A DNA stretch of 32,000 nucleotides from Nostoc sp. PCC 7120 = FACHB-418 (GCF_000009705.1 NC_003272.1:570001-602000), one strand, 5' to 3'; positions 18,267 to 27,657 are shown, counted from the first letter of the stretch. Notes: generated from the letters alone by a model not told the origin. A program made the numbers and translations.

Positions 18267-20450
18267 CTAGTTATTGCTGACACCAACGGAAATTTCTGAT
18301 TCTTCATCTCTTGTCCGTTCTTCCCCAGGTACTGAATCGGAGAATTCAGCCGAGGGTGGTAAAGAAACAGTAATATCAGCCCCGTTGATAATAACTCCCA
18401 CTAGTCCTAGTTCTGCTTCCACTAGTTGATCAATAGCTTCAGCCATCATGCTGTCCTGGGTGTAGTTAACTCGTGATACGAGTACTATGCCATCACTGTA
18501 GGGTTGAATTAACAAGGGATCGTTAGATACACTTAATGGGCTAGTATCTAAAATAACTAAGTCATAACGTTCTCTCACATCTTCCATCAGCCGCCGCATT
18601 TCGCTGGATTCTAAAATAGCAGCAGATTGACGCACAGGCCCAGGACTGGGTATGATGTATAAATTTTCGACTTCAGGGACTAAGCGGATACATTCGCTTA
18701 AGCTGCCATAATAACGCAGGGGTTCAAGTGTGGCATCCTCGTCAGAAGAAACCCTCAAAGAGGAACAACGTGAAGGCGATCTCAAATCTGTTTCGATGAT
18801 CAAGGTTCTTTTGCCAGCGCGGGCGGAGGCTATACCCAGGTTATAGGCGCTGGTTGTTTTACCTTCCTGGCTACTAGTACTAGTCACCAAAACCACTTTT
18901 AAGTTTCTGCCACCAATCCGCCTTAAGTTACTGCGTAATTTCTCGTAAAACTCTAAATACAAAGAATCGAGGGACAGGATCACAGGTAGGGCTTCTGGCG
19001 GTAAGTCATCCACTGGCAATACAGGTATTTCTCCCAACATTGCCACATCCCGTTGTTTGAGGCTATCTCTGATAGCTTCTCTGGTGCGGAGTGTCCCTTC
19101 TAAGGAACCTAGTAAGAAAATCACCCCACCACCAACTATCAATCCTAAGAAACCACCTACACCCAAGGTTAAAGGGACACTTTTGGCTGGTTTGGCATCA
19201 GCCCCCACCACAGGAACCTGAGCAATGCTAAAGCTGCTCACCGTCTCTGCTTCTGCTGTTTGAGCATCAGTTAGCTTGGCTTGCATTTGATCATAAACTG
19301 CTTTCTTCAGTCCTACTGCTTGTTCCAAGCGCGATCGCTCTAATTGTTTATTGGGTATTTGGGAATATTCTTGCCGCAATCGAATTTCATCTCGTATTTG
19401 CTGGGCTAATTGTTGTTGTAGGGTTTCTTTTTGCGTTTGCAAAGCTACCATCTGGTTAGCTAGCTGCTGTCGGGCTGGATCTAGACTACTTTGGGTGCGG
19501 ATACCACTAATATTTGTTGCTAAGGGTGCTGCTGTACCACCACCGCCAATTACTTCCGCCGCCCTTTGTTGGAGTAATTCTTCAGATGCTTGTTTTTGAC
19601 GCTGCAACTGAATCATATTCGGGTGTTCTGGGCGTAAATCTTTACGCAGTAAAGCGATTTGTGATTCTGTCTGATAAATTTGCGATCGCAAGTTGGCGAT
19701 AATTGGGTCGGCACTCAACGCAGAAGAAACATAAGATTGACCGACATCTAAACCCAACTTATCTTGCAGACTGAAAATCTGCGCCTCAATTCCCGTAATA
19801 GTTTGGCGAATCACCCGTTGCTGATTTTGGCTACCAGTAACAGCACCAAGTAAACTACCATTTTCTGCGGCTAATATAGCAGGTCGTTCTATGCGATCGT
19901 ACTGTTCCAGTCTTTTTTCAGCTGCTTGTAGCTCAGACCGTGCTTGTGGTATGCGTTCATTAATTTTGCCAATAATAGCTTTTAGTCGCCCAGTATTAAT
20001 ATCACTACTGAGCTTGACCATTGCCTGCATCAGCTCCAGCAATACTTCCTGCGCCCGCTTGGGATCACTATCTTTATATGCCAGAGAAATAACATTAGAT
20101 TCTAATTCTCCGGTGCGTGAGTTTCTTCTAGGTGGTGTAATTGCTACGCTGGAAGCAATCCTTCTTGACGGAATTTTCACCTTTGCCGACACATTATCAA
20201 TTACTTGATCTGATAGCAGCACTTCCTGGTTTAATTCCTGACCTTGTTGCTGAATTTCGCTACCTGTCGTAGAAAATGATACCGGGGGTCGAGAATATGT
20301 CAATGTGCCGCTTGCTGTATACGTAGGCGCTGGTTCTGGTTGGATAGCCACCACTGTTGACCCCGCTACAACTAAAGCAAAGCTGGCTAATCCAATCCAT
20401 TTATATTTTTCAAAAGCAATAATATAGCTCTTAACAATTGGTGGGGTCAT
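18267..20450 (-). CDS. GumC/Wzc-like polysaccharide co-polymerase with C-terminal BY-kinase-type P-loop domain
   Basis: N-terminal TM, long coiled-coil periplasmic region and a second TM (GGFLGLIVGGGVIFLLG). Walker A is TSSQEGKTT, Walker A' is LIIETDLR and Walker B is YDLVILDTSP. Confidence 0.85.
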   Translation of the reverse strand: MTPPIVKSYIIAFEKYKWIGLASFALVVAGSTVVAIQPEPAPTYTASGTLTYSRPPVSFSTTGSEIQQQGQELNQEVLLSDQVIDNVSAKVKIPSRRIASSVAITPPRRNSRTGELESNVISLAYKDSDPKRAQEVLLELMQAMVKLSSDINTGRLKAIIGKINERIPQARSELQAAEKRLEQYDRIERPAILAAENGSLLGAVTGSQNQQRVIRQTITGIEAQIFSLQDKLGLDVGQSYVSSALSADPIIANLRSQIYQTESQIALLRKDLRPEHPNMIQLQRQKQASEELLQQRAAEVIGGGGTAAPLATNISGIRTQSSLDPARQQLANQMVALQTQKETLQQQLAQQIRDEIRLRQEYSQIPNKQLERSRLEQAVGLKKAVYDQMQAKLTDAQTAEAETVSSFSIAQVPVVGADAKPAKSVPLTLGVGGFLGLIVGGGVIFLLGSLEGTLRTREAIRDSLKQRDVAMLGEIPVLPVDDLPPEALPVILSLDSLYLEFYEKLRSNLRRIGGRNLKVVLVTSTSSQEGKTTSAYNLGIASARAGKRTLIIETDLRSPSRCSSLRVSSDEDATLEPLRYYGSLSECIRLVPEVENLYIIPSPGPVRQSAAILESSEMRRLMEDVRERYDLVILDTSPLSVSNDPLLIQPYSDGIVLVSRVNYTQDSMMAEAIDQLVEAELGLVGVIINGADITVSLPPSAEFSDSVPGEERTRDEESEISVGVSNN

Positions 20451-20725
20451 AAAAGAGACATATAAAATTAATGAAAATTTATGCGGTCAATCAACAAGAT
20501 ATTGTCACATTTAGTAGCTATTATTCATCATTTATGATTCATAAGTCACCTGAATTACTTAATTCTTTATTTTCTGCCATCAGTATCAATGCGATCGCGT
20601 GCAAAAAACACTCTACTTTTGTGGAATTGAGAAATTTAGTTACTTAGTTCATGTATCCAGTACAAAGATGAAATTTCTGGTTCCCCAATTTCCCCAGCAA
20701 TTGATTATTTTTTAACATTCTCTTA

Positions 20726-22042
20726 CTACCTACTAAAGGTATCAAAAAAGTTGAGAAATGAGCGGACATTAAAGAAGGGTTGAGTAATAGTACTGAGGAA
20801 ATTTGTAATCCTGCCAACCAAGTTTCGTCCAACTACAATAACATCATTATCTTGTAGTGGCACATTCTGAGACACATCGCCTTCTAAAGCCTTTTTCCCA
20901 TCTAGTCTTTGTGTAACTGCCTTGCCACGTTCCGGGTCAAAGCGGACTAAAGCGATATCCCTAACGTTAGCAGTATCAAGATTAATTCCACCTAGTGCAT
21001 CTATAAAAGTACTGCCATTAGGCAAAGCTTGAGTTACAAGACCACCAGCAGCATAGTTCAATACGCGGACTCTAATTTGTGGTGTTGCCAAGGTGGAACG
21101 GGCTACTAAATTGCGGTCATAGCCATCGTCTGTGCCGATTTCACGGCGGGGAATAATTAGCGTATCGCCATCTTGCAAGCGTAAACTAGGTATCGAGCCA
21201 TCATTTTGCAATGCGGCATATAAATCTATGGTTTGCGAAATTGCCGAACCATCTACTAATCGCCGACGTACTTGCACTTGGCGCAAATCGGCGGCAATGG
21301 TGGAACCACCTGCCACCTGCAAAGCATCGCCAATTCGGGGTAGTGCAGCATTTAGGTTATAAATACCTGGTCTGAAAACTTCCCCACTAATACTAACTTG
21401 TACTGGTCGTGGGTTAGCTAGGGTGACGACAAAAAGCGGATCGTTGAGAATCTGGCTCAAACTCAAGCGGATTTTTTCTTGCGCTTCTTCCAAACTCAAG
21501 CCTTGTACAGATATAATTCCTACTTGGGGAACGACAATATTGCCTTCTGCATTCACTTGGGCTTGAAAACTTGCATCTGGACGCTGTGAAGACAAAGACA
21601 AAACTACTACGGGATTAATCACAAAACGATTCAGCAAAGAGCGAATCTTTTCTTGTGCTTCTAGCAAGGTTAAACCTTGTAGAGGAACAGTCTCCAGTAG
21701 CGGTACTATGATATTGCCTTCTGGATTAATTGCTGCTTGAAAACTCAAATCTGGAAAGCGTTGGACAATGACGCTAACTGCATCTCCCGGCCCCAAGCGG
21801 TAAGCACCAGGTGGGCGTTGAAATGTGACGTTGATTACATCACCTGGCCCCAATAAGTAACGGTTAAATTGGGGAGAAGTTTCGTTATTGGGATTCTGGG
21901 GTGCGCCTTCCGTCTCTGGTGGAGGCGTAGGAAATATTTGCCCAGAAGGAGGTAAAGTTTGAGCAATTACAGGCTGAAAGGGCGTAGCTAAGAAAACCCC
22001 TACATGTACACTTACAAGTGATAAAGCGCAGAATGCACGCAT
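20726..22042 (-). CDS. Polysaccharide export protein (Wza-like; duplicated Poly_export-type units plus SLBB-like repeats)
   Basis: I prefer the ATG at 22042, which gives a signal-like N-terminus MRAFCALSLVSVHVGVFLA. Repeated LGPGD and PxxGxIxVxGLTxxEAQEKI motifs. Confidence 0.85.
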   Translation of the reverse strand: MRAFCALSLVSVHVGVFLATPFQPVIAQTLPPSGQIFPTPPPETEGAPQNPNNETSPQFNRYLLGPGDVINVTFQRPPGAYRLGPGDAVSVIVQRFPDLSFQAAINPEGNIIVPLLETVPLQGLTLLEAQEKIRSLLNRFVINPVVVLSLSSQRPDASFQAQVNAEGNIVVPQVGIISVQGLSLEEAQEKIRLSLSQILNDPLFVVTLANPRPVQVSISGEVFRPGIYNLNAALPRIGDALQVAGGSTIAADLRQVQVRRRLVDGSAISQTIDLYAALQNDGSIPSLRLQDGDTLIIPRREIGTDDGYDRNLVARSTLATPQIRVRVLNYAAGGLVTQALPNGSTFIDALGGINLDTANVRDIALVRFDPERGKAVTQRLDGKKALEGDVSQNVPLQDNDVIVVGRNLVGRITNFLSTITQPFFNVRSFLNFFDTFSR

Positions 22043-22110
22043 ATAATCATGGAGAACTATTAACATCGTTGAATTCAGAATATACCGCAAGGAGTAGCTG
22101 CCATTATGAA

Positions 22111-22839
22111 CTAATTTTTAAATGGCCCGTCCATCAATGTGGATTGTACTGTTTCACCTATAGACTTGGCTAATGGCCAAGTAGTTTCCACCTGACCTAA
22201 AGGTTCCATCGGAATCAGAATACTCACGGCTACCCACGGAGCGCGAGTTTTTTGCAATTGTGCTAACTGATCCGCCAGAAACCAGCGAAATGGGGATGAA
22301 TAGCCACCATTGGGTAAGGCATACCATTGCAAAACTGCAAAGGTTTCCTGATCTGTTGAGGCACGAAAAAACATCGCCTCAACTGGAATTTTTCCATTTT
22401 CTGCGGAATTGGCAGGTTGTGTGACTGTAAATTCAGCAGAACGTGATTGTGCTACGTCCCATTTTCCCCAACGTATTTTTCCCCAACCACTAACATCTGT
22501 CCACTCTACTTCTGGTTGATTTTTGGGGCCGTTTTGCGGCAGTAACAGCAATAGCGCCTGATTCTTGGAGCCTGTTTGCTTAATAATCTGCAAAGACCAT
22601 TTATGTTGGCCGATAACTTGCTCTATTTGATTAACAGTTTGCCAGCCAGGAAGATTTAAGCCTTTATTCCGTATTTCTCTCAATTCTTTGAGGTTGGCAA
22701 TAGATGGTGGTTGTTTCCATTGCCAACGTCCGCTTAGATAACCAGGTACTGCTCCCACTGTCAATAGTAGTAGGAATAACAACAACACTACTAAAGTAGT
22801 TAAGTGCTTTTGTTTGAGAAATTTAGATAAAGGGATCAT
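22111..22839 (-). CDS. Cyanoexosortase system-associated (EpsI-like) protein
   Basis: N-terminal TM anchor, immediately downstream of the exosortase gene. This size and position are typical of exosortase-associated proteins. The family call is by context and memory. Confidence 0.6.
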   Translation of the reverse strand: MIPLSKFLKQKHLTTLVVLLLFLLLLTVGAVPGYLSGRWQWKQPPSIANLKELREIRNKGLNLPGWQTVNQIEQVIGQHKWSLQIIKQTGSKNQALLLLLPQNGPKNQPEVEWTDVSGWGKIRWGKWDVAQSRSAEFTVTQPANSAENGKIPVEAMFFRASTDQETFAVLQWYALPNGGYSSPFRWFLADQLAQLQKTRAPWVAVSILIPMEPLGQVETTWPLAKSIGETVQSTLMDGPFKN

Positions 22840-23050
22840 TAGTAAAAATTGCTATATTTACGCAAAATTTTACTGGAAAAAATGACACTATAGGTTCAGT
22901 AAAATTGTCAATCTATCTACGTTTATACCCTAGAATCTGTACAGTAAATTTATTCACTCTGTCCAAGTATGTGAAGTATTGGTAAATTTTCTCTGCTAGA
23001 TACCCAGAAGCTACTTATAAATTCAAATTCGCTCAATTTAAAACATGGTG

Positions 23051-23100
23051 AGGACTGAGGAAATATTTTTACTAAGATGCTTCCTCAGTCCACTTTTTTC
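23051..23100 (+). terminator. Rho-independent-terminator-like hairpin whose T-tract is on the plus strand
   Basis: Stem AGGACTGAGGAA (23051-23062) pairs with TTCCTCAGTCC (23081-23091) and is followed by ACTTTTTTC. On the minus strand the stem is followed only by TCACCATGTTTT. Confidence 0.5.
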
Positions 23101-23128
23101 TACGCAATAATACTCATGCAATGATGGT

Positions 23129-24061
23129 TTAATCAGTAATCTCAGGGGAAAGTAGCTGGCTTTCTCCCTCTATTTCACTCTCCAGAGGTGCTGAGAAATA
23201 ATCACTCATCCGATTCAAGATGGGTATTAAAGATAACAGCATCAAAGCAGAGTAGAGGTCGCCTCCCCAGCTATCATGTAGCCATTTAAAAGCTGCATCT
23301 TGGCCTGTGCCATGAAAAAAGCTGAGTATGGTGTTACGGATGATATTAGCAATGACACTAATAAGAACAGCAGCCGATAAAAACCAAACAGTTGTGCGAC
23401 GAGAAGATAAATTATCCGTCCAATAAAGCAGCATCAAACAAACGTAGATAGTTGTGAATAACATCTTTAAACCCGCACAGTAGGGAGCTACTTCAACTAT
23501 TCTGCCCGATACGTAAATATTGATACCATCGACAACTGCATCCATACCAAACTGATTGAGTATGAAACCAGCTGTACCTGCAATAAAGCTTTGCAAAGGA
23601 AAAGTATAAGGAGCGATGAGGTAAGGTATGGCTGTTGGGGTAGCTAAAAATAGCAGTAGTAAGGGAAAGCCTTGTAATCTCAATCCGGGAAAACCCTTGA
23701 ACCACAAGCACAATCCTGCCAAGATTGTGGGTAAGGAGAGATTCACCCATTCGGTAACACCAGTCAAATAAAACACTGCCCCAATGACGAGTAAAGTTGC
23801 TCCTAAGGGATGAGTTTTATTTGGTAGACGTTGCCACTTTTTGCGGTTACCCCAACTCAGATAAGCTGCAAATGGGATACCGATAATGCCATGACTGAAA
23901 TATTCGTGTTCTGTGCTGATGGTTTTATACAGCCAACCGTTTAACCAGTGCAGTAAAACAGGAGCATACAGCAGCGCTAAAAGACCTAAAATGCCTATGC
24001 CTAGTAATTGATCCGTGTTTCGGGTTCTAATCTGTTGCTGAAGTGCCATAAGCGTAAGCAA
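23129..24061 (-). CDS. Cyanoexosortase (exosortase-family transpeptidase; A vs B type not resolvable by eye)
   Basis: Polytopic protein with the exosortase catalytic pattern: VEVAPYCAGLK (Cys), ANIIRN (Arg) and WLHDSWG (His). The track start is a TTG at 24061; an ATG at 24049 is an alternative. Confidence 0.8.
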   Translation of the reverse strand: MLTLMALQQQIRTRNTDQLLGIGILGLLALLYAPVLLHWLNGWLYKTISTEHEYFSHGIIGIPFAAYLSWGNRKKWQRLPNKTHPLGATLLVIGAVFYLTGVTEWVNLSLPTILAGLCLWFKGFPGLRLQGFPLLLLFLATPTAIPYLIAPYTFPLQSFIAGTAGFILNQFGMDAVVDGINIYVSGRIVEVAPYCAGLKMLFTTIYVCLMLLYWTDNLSSRRTTVWFLSAAVLISVIANIIRNTILSFFHGTGQDAAFKWLHDSWGGDLYSALMLLSLIPILNRMSDYFSAPLESEIEGESQLLSPEITD

Positions 24062-24134
24062 TTCAAATTTTAAGTGTTCAAAAAATCAGAATATATAAGT
24101 TGATCAACTCTCTTTGAGGGAGTTCAAAATTAAG

Positions 24135-24171
24135 GGTACCATTGGTAATAGGTAATTATGAAAACACCAAT
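24135..24171. repeat. Perfect 13-bp-stem hairpin GTAATAGGTAATT / AATTACCTATTAC between the degT-like and exosortase genes
   Basis: Arms at 24135-24147 and 24159-24171 with an 11-nt loop. It contains the 10-mer AATAGGTAAT that recurs in the 27.6-30.5 kb island. Confidence 0.8.
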
Positions 24172-24223
24172 TACCTATTACGATATAACCTTGTGGGTAT
24201 TTAAAGAAATGCAGCACTGAAAC

Positions 24224-25411
24224 TTATGCTACTTTACTTTCCTGGGTAGTGGATGCTGGTTTTGCAGGAAAATCTCCTACTGCTTTGGCTATGGCTGCTA
24301 CAACTTCTCTAATTTGGCTTTGGTTCAAACCGGGATACATCGGTAAGGATAATATTTGCTTGGCTAGTTTTTCTGATTGGGGAAAATCTCCTGGTTTATA
24401 GCCTAAATCGGTAAATGCTGGCTGTAAATGACAAGGAATCGGGTAGTGGATGCCGGTTTGAATCCCTACGGCTGTCAGTTGTTCTTGGATATGCTGGCGT
24501 TCTACTGGACAGGAATCATCAATTTTAATTACGTAAAGATGATAAACATGACCTGTGCCACTTTGGTTTTGCATAGGGATAATGCCAGCAGATGCTAGTG
24601 GTGCTAATTCTAGATCGTATGTTTGGGCGATGGTGAGGCGATCGCTATTCCATTGCGGTAAATGAGGTAGTTTTTCTAGTAATACTGCTGCTTGTAAGGT
24701 GTCTAGACGGCTGTTTGTACCCAGTTCGACATGAACATACTTCTGGGATGAACCATAATTGCGTATGCTGGCAACTTTACTGGCTATATCTGCATCGCTA
24801 GTTAGTAATATTCCCCCATCACCCAATGCACCTAAATTCTTACTGGGATAAAAGCTAAAAGCGGCTGCTGTGCCTACAGAACCAGCTTTATATCCTTCCC
24901 TATGGGCTAGGTGCGCCTGGGCTGCGTCTTCAAAGATTAAAACCTTGTGAGTTTGAGCAAAATCTATTAACTGTTGGGGTGATACCATCTGTCCATACAG
25001 ATGCACCGGAATAATCGCTTTAGTATTTGTGGTGACTGCTTTGGCTGCTGCTTCTAAGTCAATTAAGGCCGTTAGGGGGTCGCAGTCTACGAGAATGGGT
25101 TTAGCTCCAACTTGGAGAACACCAATTAGTGTGGCGACAAAAGTATTAGCAGGTAAAATTACTTCATCACCAGGGCCTATATTACAAGCTTTTAAACCCA
25201 AGGCGATCGCATCAGTTCCCGAAGCTACACCCACCCCATAACCCACTCCTGAGGTGGCGGCAAAGGCGGATTCAAATTCGGAAACTGCTTTGCCTAATAT
25301 AAAGTCTCCCTGTTGCAATACTTTCTGAATCGCCTGCTGTATCTGATTTTCGATTGGCTGGTGTTGTAACTGCAAATCGACAAAAGGAATTTTTATAGTC
25401 ATTTTACTCAT
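24224..25411 (-). CDS. DegT/DnrJ/EryC1/StrS-family PLP-dependent sugar aminotransferase
   Basis: IPFVDL start, GDEVILPANTFVAT, and a SFYPSKNLGALGDGG PLP-lysine motif. Confidence 0.92.
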   Translation of the reverse strand: MSKMTIKIPFVDLQLQHQPIENQIQQAIQKVLQQGDFILGKAVSEFESAFAATSGVGYGVGVASGTDAIALGLKACNIGPGDEVILPANTFVATLIGVLQVGAKPILVDCDPLTALIDLEAAAKAVTTNTKAIIPVHLYGQMVSPQQLIDFAQTHKVLIFEDAAQAHLAHREGYKAGSVGTAAAFSFYPSKNLGALGDGGILLTSDADIASKVASIRNYGSSQKYVHVELGTNSRLDTLQAAVLLEKLPHLPQWNSDRLTIAQTYDLELAPLASAGIIPMQNQSGTGHVYHLYVIKIDDSCPVERQHIQEQLTAVGIQTGIHYPIPCHLQPAFTDLGYKPGDFPQSEKLAKQILSLPMYPGLNQSQIREVVAAIAKAVGDFPAKPASTTQESKVA

Positions 25412-25609
25412 TGCTAGTTAGCCTCAAGAATAAATACCAGTAATTTATCTAGTTCTAATATGATGTATTTATTACATAACAGCCAATGGAGAAAAAACTA
25501 TATCACTCCAAATTCATCAATTTTTCATGAATTCTGCTTATGTGTTAATCTTACGTTGCTTAGATACCGATTCTTAGCGGTGCTAGCGATCGCCCAGTAC
25601 AAGAGATAA

Positions 25610-27223
25610 ATGACGAACGGACAAAACGGACAAAAGAAAAAATTAGAAACCCAGCTTTGGAATATTGCCGACTCGCTGCGGGGCAAAATGAATGCTGATG
25701 AGTTTCGGGATTATTGCTTAGGGTTTATTTTTTACAAGTACCTGTCTGAGCGTCAGCATCTTTATGCTAATGAGGTGTTAGCAGAGGATGGCATTGATTT
25801 TATCAATATTGATGAATCTTCCAAAGAAGGACAAGAATATTTAGAGGCGATTAAAGAGGAGTCAATCGCCACCCTGGGGTATTTTCTCAAGCCGTCAGAG
25901 TTGTTTAGTTCCTTAGCAGAACGGGCTTTAGGGGCGAAAACAGCCAGTGAGGAAAATCTGGCAGATGAGGATTTTGAAGCATCTAACTTTATTTTAGATG
26001 ACTTGACCCAAGTGCTGAGTAGTATTGAACGCTCGACAATGGGGAAGGAAAGCGAAGAGGATTTTGATCACTTGTTTGAGGATCTGGATCTCACTTCCAC
26101 TAAGTTGGGGCGGACTCCCAAAGCGAAGAATGCTTTAATTGCTAAGATTTTAGTGCATCTCAATAAAATTGACTTTCGCCTAGAGGATACGGAAAGCGAT
26201 GTATTGGGCGATGCTTACGAATATTTAATTGGGCAGTTTGCTAGTGGTGCAGGGAAAAAAGCCGGGGAGTTTTACACGCCGCAGCAGGTTTCTAAGGTGT
26301 TGGCGAAGATTGTCACCACGGGGAAAAGTCGCCTGAAGTCGGTTTATGATCCCACCTGTGGTTCGGGTTCGTTGCTGTTGCGGGTGGCGCGGGAGGTGGA
26401 ATCAGTCGGGGATTTTTACGGGCAAGAAATGAACCGCACAACCTACAACCTGGCGCGAATGAATATGATTTTGCATGGGGTGCATTATCGTAATTTCGAT
26501 TTGCGCCAGGAAGATACCCTAGAGAATCCCCAGCATGAGGGTATGCGGTTTGAGGCGGTGGTGGCAAATCCGCCGTTTTCGGCACAGTGGAGTGCTAATA
26601 AACTATTTGAGTCGGATGATCGCTTTAGTCAGTATGGCAAGTTAGCCCCGGCTTCTAAGGCTGATTTTGCCTTTGTACAACACATGATCCATCACCTAGA
26701 TGATAATGGGATTATGGCGGTGGTGTTGCCTCATGGGGTTTTGTTTCGTGGTGCGGCGGAGGGACATATTCGCAAGTATGTGATCAAGGAACGCAATTGG
26801 TTAGATGCGGTGATTGGATTGCCTGCGAATATATTTTATGGGACGAGTATCCCGACTTGTATTTTAGTGTTTAAAAAGTGCCGAGAAAATCCTGACGATA
26901 TTTTATTTATTGATGCTAGTGCCTATTTTGAAAAGGCAAAGAATCAGAATTATTTGCGGGATGAGGATGTAGAGAAAATTGTTTCTACCTATCGGCAAAG
27001 GATACAGTCAGAAAAGTATAGTTATCGCGCCCCATTAACGGAAATTGCGGAGAATGATTTTAATTTAAATATTCCCCGGTATGTGGATACTTTTGAGGAA
27101 GAGGAGGAGATTGATTTAGATGCGGTGGCGCGGGAAATTCGGGAGATTGATCGGGAGATGGTGGAGACGGATCAATTAATTCGCGGGTTTTGTGAGGAAT
27201 TGGGGATTGAGTCACCGTTTTAG
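25610..27223 (+). CDS. hsdM: Type I restriction-modification system methyltransferase subunit HsdM
   Basis: HsdM N-domain LWNIADSLRGKMNADEFRDYCLGFIFYKYLSE, motif I DPTCGSGSLLL and motif IV VVANPPFS. Confidence 0.95.
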   Translation: MTNGQNGQKKKLETQLWNIADSLRGKMNADEFRDYCLGFIFYKYLSERQHLYANEVLAEDGIDFINIDESSKEGQEYLEAIKEESIATLGYFLKPSELFSSLAERALGAKTASEENLADEDFEASNFILDDLTQVLSSIERSTMGKESEEDFDHLFEDLDLTSTKLGRTPKAKNALIAKILVHLNKIDFRLEDTESDVLGDAYEYLIGQFASGAGKKAGEFYTPQQVSKVLAKIVTTGKSRLKSVYDPTCGSGSLLLRVAREVESVGDFYGQEMNRTTYNLARMNMILHGVHYRNFDLRQEDTLENPQHEGMRFEAVVANPPFSAQWSANKLFESDDRFSQYGKLAPASKADFAFVQHMIHHLDDNGIMAVVLPHGVLFRGAAEGHIRKYVIKERNWLDAVIGLPANIFYGTSIPTCILVFKKCRENPDDILFIDASAYFEKAKNQNYLRDEDVEKIVSTYRQRIQSEKYSYRAPLTEIAENDFNLNIPRYVDTFEEEEEIDLDAVAREIREIDREMVETDQLIRGFCEELGIESPF

Positions 27224-27586
27224 GGGTTGTTTGAAAAGTATTATATGAAACCCATAATTTCCAAAAACCTAACCCCCCTACCCCCATTCCCTTGTAGGGA
27301 AGGGGGGAAATTCAAAGCCTCTCCCCGCACTTCGTGCCGCTACGCGAACGCAGGGGCTACGGTGTACACACATCTCTGAGCTAGGTGCATAATGTGGTTC
27401 GATCCCCCTAAATCCCCCTTAAAAAGGGTGACTTTGATTCTAGTTCCCCCTTTTTTAAGGGGGGTTAGGGGGGATCAAAACGATGTGGGACAAGGTTATA
27501 AGACTTGTGTGTACACCGTAGCCTCGCAGGGGAGAGGTTTGGAGAGAGGTTTTTGGGTATATATTTTGACTTTTCAAACAACCTCT
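27222..27586. mobile_element. MITE-like element (about 365 bp) with 18-nt terminal inverted repeats, abutting the hsdM stop codon
   Basis: The left TIR is AGGGGTTGTTTGAAAAGT (27222-27239). The right TIR is ACTTTTCAAACAACCTCT (27569-27586). They match 17/18 as reverse complements. No coding capacity. Confidence 0.8.
27356..27522. mobile_element. Second MITE-like element nested inside the first, itself carrying a palindromic core
   Basis: Perfect 17-nt TIRs: GCTACGGTGTACACACA (27356-27372) and TGTGTGTACACCGTAGC (27506-27522). The inner palindrome is GATCCCCCTAA...TTAGGGGGGATC (27401-27476). Confidence 0.8.
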
Positions 27587-27657
27587 TAGGCAATAGGTAA
27601 TAGAATAAAAGCATTACCTCTGACTGATTATCTAATAGAAAATATAGAGTTTCGGCT

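Noticed and set aside
19351-20208. Plus-strand ORFs 19351..19599, 19514..19702 and 19891..20208
   Set aside because: All are antisense to the Wzc/GumC-like CDS. Their Cys/Ser-rich low-complexity translations mirror the Gln/Ala-rich coiled coil.
26313-26585. Minus-strand 90-aa Pro-rich ORF
   Set aside because: It is antisense to the catalytic core of hsdM.
27396-27405. GGTTCGATCC, a tRNA T-arm-like sequence
   Set aside because: The flanking bases cannot form a T-stem, and no acceptor or anticodon arms can be drawn. It sits inside the nested MITE.
27060-27589. ORFs 27060..27287 (minus) and 27392..27589 (plus)
   Set aside because: They run through MITE sequence and its inverted repeats. Their Pro/Gly-rich translations come from C-tracts and G-tracts.
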